From: Eledone cirrhosa
Taxonomy: Eukaryota
Direction of reading: 5' to 3'
NCBI GenBank assembly: GCA_964016885.1
Contig: OZ024758.1
Location: 14,012,001-14,076,000, forward strand
Length of the DNA: 64,000 bases
The notes under the pieces were generated by a model. The model saw only the letters and a list, made by a program, of their open reading frames with translations. It made no database searches and was not told where the DNA came from. How positions within the stretch are numbered: position 1 is the stretch's first letter; each line of letters opens with the position of its first letter. Below, piece after piece: positions 14,200-27,100 of the stretch. A program made the position numbers and the translations under genes.

Positions 14200-14332
14200 A
14201 AAATACACCACGATTTTTTTTAACCACTGGTAAATGAAATAATTGCCTTGTGTTGTTTATTACATAACTATTAAGCTGTGTAACCTACATAGAGCACTCT
14301 TTTTTCCTGGACCTTTCCGACGGAATTACTTC

Positions 14333-14380
<48 letters not shown>

Positions 14381-14449
14381 AAAAAGAGATGAAATCGAAA
14401 ATGCAACTGGAATCTTATTTTTTTTTTAAATATATATATTTATTTGGTT

Positions 14450-14487
14450 CCTTTACCGGTTTCGCAGTTCTTCTGCTTTTCAAAAGG
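14450..14487 (-). ncRNA. Minimal type I hammerhead ribozyme, U3-A8 variant (family B), left arm
   Basis: Reverse complement of 14563-14600. Confidence 0.8.
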
Positions 14488-14562
14488 TGAGTTGAGATGG
14501 AGGGTCTGTGGTTTTTCTCACATCAGATGTGAGAAAAACCACAGACCCTCCATCTCAACTCA

Positions 14563-14600
14563 CCTTTTGAAAAGCAGAAGAACTGCGAAACCGGTAAAGG
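14563..14600 (+). ncRNA. Minimal type I hammerhead ribozyme, U3-A8 variant (family B), right arm
   Basis: CCUU-UUGAAAA-GCAG aagaa CUGC-GAAA-CCGG-UA-AAGG; palindromic stem III ACCGGU. Confidence 0.8.
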
Positions 14601-14732
14601 AACCAAATAAATATATATATTTTTTAAAAAAATAAGATTCCAGTTGCATTTTCGATTTCATCTCTTTTTCTTTATACTTTCACTCGTGTAGGACACCTCG
14701 GTTATTTTTCATTTTGTAAAAAAAAACCTCAC

Positions 14733-14779
<47 letters not shown>

Positions 14780-14810
14780 ATTAGAACGTGAACAACACAA
14801 AATATAACTA

Positions 14811-14878
14811 CTCCATTACCAAAGGTTTCTGGATCACAGACGATAATAATATACGTCTGGATCGCTCGTCAGATAGAG
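14811..14878 (-). ncRNA. Type I hammerhead ribozyme (family C)
   Basis: Minus strand: CUCUAU-CUGACGA-gcGAUCCAGACG..CGUCUGuGAUCca-GAAA-CCuuuGG-UA-AUGGAG. Confidence 0.78.
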
Positions 14879-15664
14879 ATGTGATCCAGAAACCTTTGTT
14901 AATGCAGTAGTTATATTTTGTGTTGTTCACTTTCTAATTAAATAGCTCTGTTCTATACATAGAGCACTCTTTTTTCCTTTGCTTTTCCTTTGGAATTACG
15001 TAACACAAAAACATATATATATATATATATACACATATATATATATATATATATATATAGATTGACTTTTATCCTTCTGAAGTTGTAGTGAGTGCACCTG
15101 AGCACTGTACACAATAATTTCATTATTATTCATTATTATTATAACCCTAGAAGGTGGTGCCCTCACTCGTCCAATGACTGAAACCTGTTAAAGAACACTA
15201 AATAACAAAGAATGTAAATATTTATATACACGCTCACACTCACACAGAGAGAGAGAGGCTGACATTCTAACAATTGTAGTCATTTTAATTTAATAGAAAT
15301 GAGAAGAACCTGCAAACTACATGTTTACTGTCTTAACATGCGAAAATCTAGGTTACTGTATTTATTGGTTCAAGTGAAAAGAGACAGTGTCAAACCTGCA
15401 TTTAATATCTACAGTTTCTCAATGGCCCCAAATATATTATTTAATCTTTTTGATACGGAAGGGCCTGAAACCACCCTAGAGATATTATATAAAACTGCTC
15501 ATTTTATTTTGAATGTTTATACTACTTATATTAAAACCTTTCATCGTGATTAAATTTAAAAAATTTTTCCTTATGTAATATTCTAAATATTAGTTCTCTT
15601 ATGAAAAACTTGGTTATTTTAATAGATTTCTCTAAATGTTTGGTTATTTTTTAAATTAATTAAA

Positions 15665-16290
15665 ACATAGGTGGTGTGTTTCATTAGAAATATGGTAATA
15701 AAAGGGTTAAAGACAGGCAGTGTGTTTCATTAGAAATATGGTAATAAAAGGGTTAAAGACAGGCAGTGTCTTTCATTAGAAATATGGTAATGAAAGGGTT
15801 AAAGACAGGTAGTGTCTTTCATTAGAAACATGGTAATGAAAGGGTTAAAGACAGGCAGTGTCTTTCATTAGAAACATGGTAATGAAAGGGTTAAAGACAT
15901 AGGTGGTGTGTTTCATTAGAAATATTGTAATGAAAGGGTTAATGACATAGGTAATGTCTTTCATTAGAAATATGGTGATGAAAGGGTTAAAGGAAAGTGT
16001 TTTCATATAGCTATATGTGTGTGTGTGTGTATATATATGTATATACCGTCTAACCCATGCTAGCATGGAATGATGAAAGGGTTAAAGGAAAGTGTTTTCA
16101 TATAGCTATATGCGTGTGTGTATATATATATATATATATATACCGTCTAACCTATGCTAGCGTGGAATGATGAAAGGGTTAAAGGAAAGTGTTTTCATAT
16201 AGCTATATGCGTGTGTGTGTATATATATATACCATCTAACCCATGCTAGCGTGGAAAGTGGACGTTAAACTAAGATGATGATGATGATGA
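15665..16290. repeat. 42-bp tandem repeat ending AAAGGGTTAA, followed by composite repeats with an RTE-type 3' end
   Basis: Unit gacaggcagtgtctttcattagaaatatggtaatgaaagggttaaa about 8 times; then three copies carrying ccgtctaacccatgctagc. Confidence 0.8.
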
Positions 16291-16309
16291 TGATATATAT
16301 ATCACCATC

Positions 16310-16673
16310 GGGCGGTGGATTGGCAGTATCGGTAGAGGGTCGGACGCCATGCTTTGACGCATAGAGTTACGGCCCTTGCCATTCTGAGTTCAAATCCCTC
16401 CGAGGTTAACTTTGCCTTTCATCCTTATGGGGTCGATAAAATAAAGTACCAGTAATACACTGGGTAATTGCTGGCCTTGTGCCAAAAGTAGAAACAATTA
16501 TTATATATATATATATATGGGGTCGATAAAATAAAGTACCAGTAATACACTGGGTAATTGCTGGCCTTGTGCCAAAAGTAGAAACAATTATTATATATAT
16601 ATATATGGGGTCAATAAAATAAAGTACCAGTAATACACTGGGTAATTTATGGCCTTGTGCCAAAAGTAGAAAC

Positions 16674-16680
<7 letters not shown>
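16310..16680 (+). mobile_element. Meta-like tRNA SINE with triplicated 3' half
   Basis: Full copy 16310-16500 plus two repeats of GGGGTCGATAAA..GTAGAAACAATT. Confidence 0.85.
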
Positions 16681-16707
<27 letters not shown>

Positions 16708-16751
16708 AGAAGAAGTTTATGAAACGGAAATGCGGGTATAAAGAATTTATT

Positions 16752-16868
16752 AGGTAACAATTGTTTCTATAGTGTATGGGTTACCTATACCTCGCTATTT
16801 GTATAATATAAAAATATTATCATAAATTGTAGGTACACTGTAAGAATACACACCATGTCGTCAGACCT
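16752..16868 (-). ncRNA. Type I hammerhead ribozyme with long stem II insert (family D)
   Basis: Minus strand: AGGU-CUGACGA-cAUGGUGUGU..(~70 nt)..AUACACUAUa-GAAA-CAAUUG-UU-ACCU; palindromic stem III ACAAUUGU. Confidence 0.68.
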
Positions 16869-17031
16869 TTGTAGTAGAATGATATGAAAATATTTTATAC
16901 ACTAGATATAAAAGAAAGAAGGAGGTAGGAAGGGAAATGGGAAGAGGGAAGCGAGTAAGGGGGAGGGAGTCTCCATCCAATGCGACTACTTAGTAACATT
17001 GGAATACAAATATACTAATTCTTATATATAT

Positions 17032-17330
17032 CATCATCATCATCATCATCAACGTTTAACGTCCGTGTTCCACGCTTGCATGGGTTTGGACGGGGGTAGT
17101 CCCACTTGAGGCATGAGTGATTGTCTTGCTCGCATAGGACTGTCTGGCAGGTCTTCTACAGTTGGATGCCCTTCCTAACACCAACCACATTTACAGTGTG
17201 GGTCTGGGAGGTTTTTACCGTGTTGCCTACACGGCCACATTACAGCGTGGACTGTGTGTTTTTTTTGTCGTGACACCTACACGATCTCATTTGTTTCGGC
17301 CTCGATGGCGCGGCAACATAACTTTACATA
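17032..17330 (-). mobile_element. 3' UTR fragment of RTE family 2
   Basis: (CAT)n tail; shares GGATGCCCTTCCTAACACCAACC and ACGGCCACATTACAGCGTGGACTG with 56139-56420. Confidence 0.75.
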
Positions 17331-17367
17331 GAACGGGGTGGTATATATATATATTTATATATATCAC

Positions 17368-17556
17368 CGGCAGTATCGGTGGAGGGTCGGATGCCATGCT
17401 TTCCAGCATAGAGTTACGTCCCTTTACGATATGAGTTCAAAGCCCGCCAAAGTTGACTTTGCCTTTCATACTTATACGGGGGGGGGGGGTCGATAAAATA
17501 AAGTATCAGTAATACACTGGGGTAATTGCTGGCCTTGAGCCAAAAGTAGAAACAAT
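17368..17556 (+). mobile_element. Meta-like tRNA SINE
   Basis: Same family as 4785-4975. Confidence 0.8.
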
Positions 17557-17839
17557 TCTTATATATGTAATTATGTTCCTCACATATAAGTGAAGATTGC
17601 TAGAGGGCTTTTAAAAAGTTTCTTCTAGTTTCTCAACCATTAGTGAAATTCTGTCTTACAAAGTCCAACTGGTTGCTCTCGGCCTTTCCAATAGCTCCGA
17701 TATTCTGTATGTAAGATTTCTAAAAGCCCTAAGTACATAAGTTGCCAGTCCCCAGCCCCCCCAACTCTCATCATTATATCTCTCTTTCTCTCCTCCCCTC
17801 ATATTCTCTATGTAAGATTTCTAAAAGCCCCTACCTACA

Positions 17840-17913
17840 TACATTGCCATCTCTCTTTCTCTTTATCTCTCGCTCTCTCCTACTCTACATATATTGCCAG
17901 TCCAGCACTTCTC

Positions 17914-17944
<31 letters not shown>

Positions 17945-20349
17945 TTCTCTCTTTATCTCTCTCACTCTCTCTCTCTCTCTCTCTCTCTCCTACTCTACAT
18001 ATATTGCCAGTCCAGCACTTCTCTCTCTCTTTCTCTTTATCTCTCTCTCTCTCTCTCTCTCTCCTCTACATATATTGCCAGTCCAGCACTTCTCTCTCTC
18101 TCTTTATCTCTCTCTCTCTCTCTCCCTTTCTCTCTTTCTCTTTATCTCTCTCTCTCCTACTCTACATATATTACCAGTCCAGCACTTTTCTCTCTCTCTT
18201 TCTCTTTATCTCTCTCCTACTCTACATATATTGCCAGTCCAGCACTTCTCTCTCTCTTTCTCTTTATCTCTCTCACTCTCTCTCTCTCTCTCTCTCCTAC
18301 TCTACATATATTGCCAGTCCAGCACTTCTCTCTCTCTTTCTCTTTATCTCTCTCTCTCTCTCTCTCTCTCCTACTCTACATATATTGCCAGTCCAGCACT
18401 TCTCTCTCTCTCTTTATCTCTCTCTCTCTCTCTCCCTTTCTCTCTTTCTCTTTATCTCTCTCCTACTCTACATATATTGCCAGTCCAGCACTTCTCTCTC
18501 TCTTTCTCTTTATCTCTCTCTCTCTCTCTCTCTCCTACTCTACATATATTGCCAGTCCAGCACTTCTCTCTCTCTCTTTATCTCTCTCTCTCTCTCCCTT
18601 TCTCTCTTTCTCTTTATCTCTCTCTCTCCTACTCTACATATATTACCAGTCCAGCACTTTTCTCTCTCTCTTTCTCTTTATCTCTCTCCTACTCTACATA
18701 CATTGCCATTCCAGCACTTCTCTCTCTCTCCTACCTATATCTCTCTCCTATTTACATACAGTGTCAGCCAGCTCTCCTCTTCATCTCTCTCTCTCTCTCT
18801 CCCCTCACACCAATCCTCTACTTTCCTCCTACTATAACAGATGTTCCCAATGTGCAACAGTGCAGTTGTGTGACACTGACTGCGTATCTCTTACCCACAT
18901 ATCAATCTGTGCAAGTAAACACGCACACGCATGCACATGCACACATACATATGTACACATGCACACACACATATACATATGTATACATGCACACACACAT
19001 ATACATATGTACACATGCACACACACATATACATATGTACACATGCACACACATATACATATGTACACATACACACATATACATATGTACACATGCACAC
19101 ATATACATATGTACACATGCACATACACATATACATATGCACACATGCACACACATATACATATGTATACATGCATATACATATGTACACATGCACACAC
19201 ACATACATATGTACACATGCACACACACATATACATATGTATACATGCACACACACATATACATATGTACACATGCACACACACATATACATATGTACAC
19301 ATGCACACACATATACATATGTACACATACACACATATACATATGTACACATGCACACATATACATATGTACACATGCACATACACATATACATATGCAC
19401 ACATGCACACACATATACATATGTATACATGCATATACATATGTACACATGCACACACACATACATATGTATACATGCACACACACATATACATATGTAC
19501 ACATGCACACACATATACATATGTACACATGCACACACACATATACATATGTACACATGCACACACACATATACATATGTACACATGCACACACACATAC
19601 ATATGTACACATGCACATATACACATGTACACATGCACACATGCATACACATGTACACATACACACATGTACACATATACACATGTACACATGTACACAC
19701 ACATACATATGTATACATGCATACACACATATACATATGTACACTTGCACACACACACATGCACACACACATACATATGTACACATGCACACACACATGT
19801 GCACACACACATGTGCACACACATATACACACACATGCACACCTGCCTCACCAGCTGACACACCATTATCAGTATTGATCAGACTCCTAGCTCGCCTCCT
19901 CAGTGACATGTTAAGATGCACGTAACTGCACCCTACCGCTACTGCTGCTGCTACTACTACTATTGCTGTTGATACTGCTACTGTAGTTACTACTACTACT
20001 GCTGCTGCTGTAGCTACTACTACTGTTGATACTGCTACTGCTGCAGCAGCTACTGTTGCTGCTGCTACTACTACTGTTGATACTGCTACTGTAGTTACTA
20101 CTACTACTGCTGCTGCAGCTACTGTTGATACTGCTACTGTAGCTACTACTACTACTGTTGCTGCTGTAGTTACTACTACTACTGCTACTGTAGCTACTAC
20201 TACTACTGTTGCTGCTGTAGTTACTACTACTACTGCTACTGTAGTTACTACTACTACTACTACTGTTGCTGCAGCTACTGTTGATACTGCTACTGTAGCT
20301 ACTACTACTACTGTTGCTGCTGCTGCTACTGCTGCTGCTACTGTAGCTT

Positions 20350-20380
<31 letters not shown>

Positions 20381-20476
20381 AACTACTGTAGCTATTGCTG
20401 CTTCTGCTGCTGCTACTACTACTATAGCTGCTGCTGCTACTACTACTACTATTTGTACTACTACTACTACTACTTT
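17840..20476. repeat. Three adjacent simple-sequence blocks: (CT)n minisatellite, (CA)/ACATGT minisatellite, (CTA/CTG)n triplets
   Basis: 17840-18740 core tactctacatatattgccagtccagcac; 18920-19840; 19940-20476. Confidence 0.95.
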
Positions 20477-20902
20477 AACTAGAGCATGTATTTTCGTTAT
20501 ATATAATATAAGCACATTCTGTAAAGACATGTGAACTACCAAACCCGCATGGCTTTAAATCCCACTACACCATGTTAGTCCTAGACACCCTTAAACAGGT
20601 GAGTTGGTCATGTTTGGAGTGTCGTATTTAACATTAGATTTCCTTACTAAGGATCTGAACTTGGTTAAATAACATCACATGAACTGAAGTGTAGTGTTGT
20701 GTCGTGTTGTGTTGTAGTGTAGTGGAGTGGAGTGTAGTGTATAGCTTAGTATTGTGATGAAGTATTCTGTAGTGTAGTTGGAGTGGCTGGCCGTTGACTC
20801 TAAGGAGTTTATCAACCCTTTTAATGGCTCTTGTTTTGTTTTTTTTGTGTTGCTGGAGTCACACTTACCCTCCTCACCAGAAGAGGGTCTAGTGAGGGAG
20901 TC

Positions 20903-21200
20903 AGTTTAGTCACCAACCAATGGACCATGAAGCAGGTTGTACTAGGCTACATGGCACCAGTAGCTGGGTCTGGTGGGCGAGCTGGTTTAGTCACCAACCA
21001 ATGGACCAGAAGCAGGTTGTACTGGGCTACATGATACCAGTAGCTGGGTCTGGTGGGTGAGCTGGTTTAGTCACCAACCAATGGACCAGAAGCAGGTTGT
21101 ACTGGGCTACATGGTACCAGTAGCTGGGTCTGGTGGGTGAGCTGGTTTAGTCATGGACCCCTGGACTACAAAGCAGGTTGTACTGGGCTACATGGTACCA
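20903..21200. repeat. ~80-bp tandem repeat, about 3.7 copies
   Basis: gtttagtcaccaaccaatggacc..agcaggttgtactgggctacatgg..gagctg. Confidence 0.9.
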
Positions 21201-21205
21201 TATGC

Positions 21206-21323
21206 ATGTAAAAGGTAAACAGAAATAACAACACAATCGGTACAGTATATGGAAGGGATATATATATATATCCCTTCCATATACTGTACCGATTGTGTTG
21301 TTATTTCTGTTTACCTTTTACAT
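21206..21323. repeat. Perfect 118-bp palindrome centred on (AT)n
   Basis: ATGTAAAAGGTAAAC..GGAAGGG(AT)7CCCTTCC..GTTTACCTTTTACAT. Confidence 0.95.
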
Positions 21324-21607
21324 ACTGACAGAAATACAAAGTTTAGGATATTAGTTTAATGCTGACAGGAAGAAAAATAGGAAGAATGAAAAGTGTTCTA
21401 AGTTTTCAATAGTTTTCTTTTCAAAGAAAGTTATATTAGAAAAATGAAAGAAAATCCATTAACCTTTCCCTTTATTGTAAACATATTAACTTTGATTTTA
21501 TTTTACAGGTTATTATAGTAAGAGTAAAGTTGTATATCTCTGTGGTTCTGTGAGAAAACCTCTTAATCTAGTAATTGAGATATTATAGTGACGTTATCAA
21601 GTATTAA

Positions 21608-21760
21608 AGGCAGCAAATTGGCAGAGTTGTTAGAACATTGGATAGAATGGTATTCATTTTGGCTCTCTGCTCTCTGTGTTCAAATCCCGCAAAGGTCATC
21701 TTTGCCTTTCATGCATTGAAGGTTGATAAAAAAAAAGTACCAGTCAAGTACTGGGGTTGA
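21608..21760 (+). mobile_element. Divergent Meta-like tRNA SINE
   Basis: GTTCAAATCCC B box; GCCTTTCAT..GATAAA..AAGTACCAG. Confidence 0.7.
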
Positions 21761-23103
21761 TTCTTCTTCTATATCTCTTTGTCATTTCATCACTATGTCT
21801 ATCCTTCTCTGGAAGAAATCTGCTGTATTCAAACCTGGAGAGAGAGGGATGGGCTCTGCTAGGTTTTAAAAATGCTCAAGAAAGGCTGTGTGTCACTACA
21901 GCACCCCTACGACTCCATCAGTAGTTACGAGACCGTACCATACCAAACCAAACCAAACCAAACAAGTATATAACTATGATCACATATGTGGGACTCTCTT
22001 CCTATTTCGTTGTAAGTGTTCAGCATAAAATATGACACTAACAACATTTTATTTTATTGTTAATCATTTGTTTTTTATTTTTATTTTTTATTTTTTTTAT
22101 TCTTCAAGCATTTGAACCAGAACCAATGGTGTTGTAGAAATTTCATTACAAACAATATTTTGTCTTTTAATTATTTTGCTTAATTCTGGCAGGAAACATC
22201 AAGTCATTTCATTTTAAATAAATTCAAATGAACATTAATAAAAATAATAATAAAATTAAACACTTTTATTATTTGAGAATAAATCAATTGAAAAAGAAAA
22301 AATCAAGAAAATGAAAAATAATGAAAATTAAAAAATAAAACATGTTTCTAAATTAGATTATAAAAACCAACAGATCTGGGCTGTACATTGGTAAGAACTC
22401 ACTTTAGATCTTGTTTTACGTCAGCATTGCATTTTTATATTCCATAATTCGGACCTTATAATGATGAAATAACATTTTTGGATGATTCTGCAGAGAAAGA
22501 AAAAGAAATTCATAGTTGAATTTCATTATATGAATTCTTGAAAAAAATTCAACCAAAAAAACTTGGTTTTATAATTTTCAAACACGCTGAATTCTTGGAG
22601 ACATTTTCGTATGATTTTCTTTTTTTTTTTTTTTACTGAATTATTACAACTTGTCTGGTGTTTCAGAGATATTTGAAACCAGTAATAAAATGGAATATTA
22701 TTTTCTGTCAATTCACTTGTTTAAAGAAAAAATAAATAAATAAATCTATTAGTCAAGGACAATAACTCCTATTTTCTACATATGGTTATCTCCCATATCA
22801 GTACGCCTGTGCGTGTGTGTGTGAGAGACAGAGAGAACGAGATTGTTTCATGGCTGCAGAAGTTTCCAATGTTTTTGTTGTTCTAGAATTCACAGAATTT
22901 CTATTGTTTTTCTGTAGTTTATCGATGAATTCCAAATAACAATATTCAGCAATTAAATACTGGAATATTCAGGAATTAAATGGTGGAATATACAGGAATT
23001 AAATGTTGGATGTTCAGGAATTAAATACTGGTATATTCAGCACTCGTCTTAAATAGATTAATCTGCCAGCCTGTTTAACATCATCAGTACATCTACTGGA
23101 GTC

Positions 23104-23216
23104 TTAATATGTTCCAAGCATTTGGGCCATATCATCAGATTGAGAAGATCTTCCCTCTTTGCCACTAATTATGGAAGCCCTTTCAAGAGCCATCATCACT
23201 GTACTTTCTCTCCCAA
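23104..23216 (-). CDS. Candidate terminal coding exon of an unidentified minus-strand gene
   Basis: Minus strand T-rich tract plus TTTCAG acceptor, then phase-1 frame xGRESTVMMALERASIISGKEGRSSQSDDMAQMLGTY*, followed by ~1 kb of unique AT-rich 3'UTR-like sequence with AATAAA hexamers. Confidence 0.45.
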
Positions 23217-23334
23217 CTGAAATATTGAAAAATAAAAATGAAATAATTTCCCTTTGAATTTTCTATTTCAGGTAACACTACACCATATTTCAGTGGGTGC
23301 TCTTTTAAATTCTATGTATTTCAAATGTAGATAC

Positions 23335-23365
<31 letters not shown>

Positions 23366-23395
23366 CATATACATATCTACACACACATATATATT

Positions 23396-23432
<37 letters not shown>

Positions 23433-23527
23433 CTACACACACATATATATATATGTATATATATATGTATATACATATATATATATATATATACAGATAT
23501 ATATATATACATATCTACACACATATA

Positions 23528-23569
<42 letters not shown>

Positions 23570-23630
23570 TATATATATATATACAGATATATATATATAT
23601 ATACAGATATATATATATATATATATATAC

Positions 23631-23671
<41 letters not shown>

Positions 23672-23732
23672 TATATATATATATATACAGATATATATAT
23701 ATATATATACAGATATATATATATATATACAG

Positions 23733-23763
<31 letters not shown>

Positions 23764-23772
23764 TATATATAG

Positions 23773-23835
<63 letters not shown>

Positions 23836-24145
23836 TAAATTGAAACAAAATGAAAACGAAATTTCATTTCTCACTCTTAGTATGGCACTTACTTAAATGT
23901 AAGTATGCATGTATACGTACATACATATATGTATACAGACGTACAGTAGCATGCACATATATATATATATATATACATATATACATACATATGCATACAG
24001 GTACACATACATATATGCACGTATCAGTTTAGCGGCGCTTATTATAACGTCACTTTGTTCGTTTGTAAACAAACTGAACAGCCTGAATTTATGCCATACG
24101 GTGTTAAGGCAACCACGTCACCTTTTTGTTCAACACTGACACAGG

Positions 24146-24190
24146 AACGATGTACTAGTTTCAAGCTTGTTAGCTATCATCAGCACCGTT
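24146..24190 (-). ncRNA. Type I hammerhead ribozyme (family E), first of 7 minus-strand copies
   Basis: Reverse complement of 27572-27616. Confidence 0.9.
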
Positions 24191-27100
24191 TACCCATCTG
24201 CCAGATAGTTGAACGTTCGAAAGTATATACTTTCCTTATGAAAATTAACGGCTGAGCAGCCTAATTTGCATATTGAGTGAGTTAAATCGGTCAGGCATAC
24301 CGAAAACGATAAATTGAAACAAAATGAAAACGAAATTTCATTTCTCACTCTTAGTATGGCACTTACTTAAATGTAAGTATGCATGTATACGTACATACAT
24401 ATATGTATACAGACGTACAGTAGCATGCACATATATATATATATATATACATATATACATACATATGCATACAGGTACACATACATATATGCACGTATCA
24501 GTTTAGCGGCGCTTATTATAACGTCGCTTTGTTCGTTTGTAAACAAACTGAACAGCCTGAATTTATGCCATACGGTGTTAAGGCAACCACGTCACCTTTT
24601 TGTTCAACACTGACACAGGAACGATGTACTAGTTTCAAGCTTGTTAGCTATCATCAGCACCGTTTACCCATCTGCCAGATAGTTGAACGTTCGAAAGTAT
24701 ATACTTTCCTTATGAAAATTAACGGCTGAGCAGCCTAATTTGCATATTGAGTGAGTTAAATCGGTCAGGCATACCGAAAACGATAAATTGAAACAAAATG
24801 AAAACGAAATTTCATTTCTCACTCTTAGTATGGCACTTACTTAAATGTAAGTATGCATGTATACGTACATACATATATGTATACAGACGTACAGTAGCAT
24901 GCACATATATATATATATATATACATATATACATACATATGCATACAGGTACACATACATATATGCACGTATCAGTTTAGCGGCGCTTATTATAACGTCG
25001 CTTTGTTCGTTTGTAAACAAACTGAACAGCCTGAATTTATGCCATACGGTGTTAAGGCAACCACGTCACCTTTTTGTTCAACACTGACACAGGAACGATG
25101 TACTAGTTTCAAGCTTGTTAGCTATCATCAGCACCGTTTACCCATCTGCCAGATAGTTGAACGTTCGAAAGTATATACTTTCCTTATGAAAATTAACGGC
25201 TGAGCAGCCTAATTTGCATATTGAGTGAGTTAAATCGGTCAGGCATACCGAAAACGATAAATTGAAACAAAATGAAAACGAAATTTCATTTCTCACTCTT
25301 AGTATGGCACTTACTTAAATGTAAGTATGCATGTATACGTACATACATATATGTATACAGACGTACAGTAGCATGCACATATATATATATATATATACAT
25401 ATATACATACATATGCATACAGGTACACATACATATATGCACGTATCAGTTTAGCGGCGCTTATTATAACGTCGCTTTGTTCGTTTGTAAACAAACTGAA
25501 CAGCCTGAATTTATGCCATACGGTGTTAAGGCAACTACGTCACCTTTTTGTTCAACACTGACACAGGAACGATGTACTAGTTTCAAGCTTGTTAGCTATC
25601 ATCAGCACCGTTTACCCATCTGCCAGATAGTTGAACGTTCGAAAGTATATACTTTCCTTATGAAAATTAACGGCTGAGCAGCCTAATTTGCATATTGAGT
25701 GAGTTAAATCGGTCAGGCATACCGAAAACGATAAATTGAAACAAAATGAAAACGAAATTTCATTTCTCACTCTTAGTATGGCACTTACTTAAATGTAAGT
25801 ATGCATGTATACGTACATACATATATGTATACAGACGTACAGTAGCATGCACATATATATATATATATATACATATATACATACATATGCATACAGGTAC
25901 ACATACATATATGCACGTATCAGTTTAGCGGCGCTTATTATAACGTCGCTTTGTTCGTTTGTAAACAAACTGAACAGCCTGAATTTATGCCATACGGTGT
26001 TAAGGCAACCACGTCACCTTTTTGTTCAACACTGACACAGGAACGATGTACTAGTTTCAAGCTTGTTAGCTATCATCAGCACCGTTTACCCATCTGCCAG
26101 ATAGTTGAACGTTCGAAAGTATATACTTTCCTTATGAAAATTAACGGCTGAGCAGCCTAATTTGCATATTGAGTGAGTTAAATCGGTCAGGCATACCGAA
26201 AACGATAAATTGAAACAAAATGAAAACGAAATTTCATTTCTCACTCTTAGTATGGCACTTACTTAAATGTAAGTATGCATGTATACGTACATACATATAT
26301 GTATACAGACGTACAGTAGCATGCACATATATATATATATATATACATATATACATACATATGCATACAGGTACACATACATATATGCACGTATCAGTTT
26401 AGCGGCGCTTATTATAACGTCGCTTTGTTCGTTTGTAAACAAACTGAACAGCCTGAATTTATGCCATACGGTGTTAAGGCAACCACGTCACCTTTTTGTT
26501 CAACACTGACACAGGAACGATGTACTAGTTTCAAGCTTGTTAGCTATCATCAGCACCGTTTACCCATCTGCCAGATAGTTGAACGTTCGAAAGTATATAC
26601 TTTCCTTATGAAAATTAACGGCTGAGCAGCCTAATTTGCATATTGAGTGAGTTAAATCGGTCAGGCATACCGAAAACGATAAATTGAAACAAAATGAAAA
26701 CGAAATTTCATTTCTCACTCTTAGTATGGCACTTACTTAAATGTAAGTATGCATGTATACGTACATACATATATGTATACAGACGTACAGTAGCATGCAC
26801 ATATATATATATATATATACATATATACATACATATGCATACAGGTACACATACATATATGCACGTATCAGTTTAGCGGCGCTTATTATAACGTCGCTTT
26901 GTTCGTTTGTAAACAAACTGAACAGCCTGAATTTATGCCATACGGTGTTAAGGCAACCACGTCACCTTTTTGTTCAACACTGACACAGGAACGATGTACT
27001 AGTTTCAAGCTTGTTAGCTATCATCAGCACCGTTTACCCATCTGCCAGATAGTTGAACGTTCGAAAGTATATACTTTCCTTATGAAAATTAACGGCTGAG

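Noticed and set aside
17742-20542. Long Ser/Leu, His/Thr and Val/Ala ORFs
   Set aside because: Simple-repeat translations.
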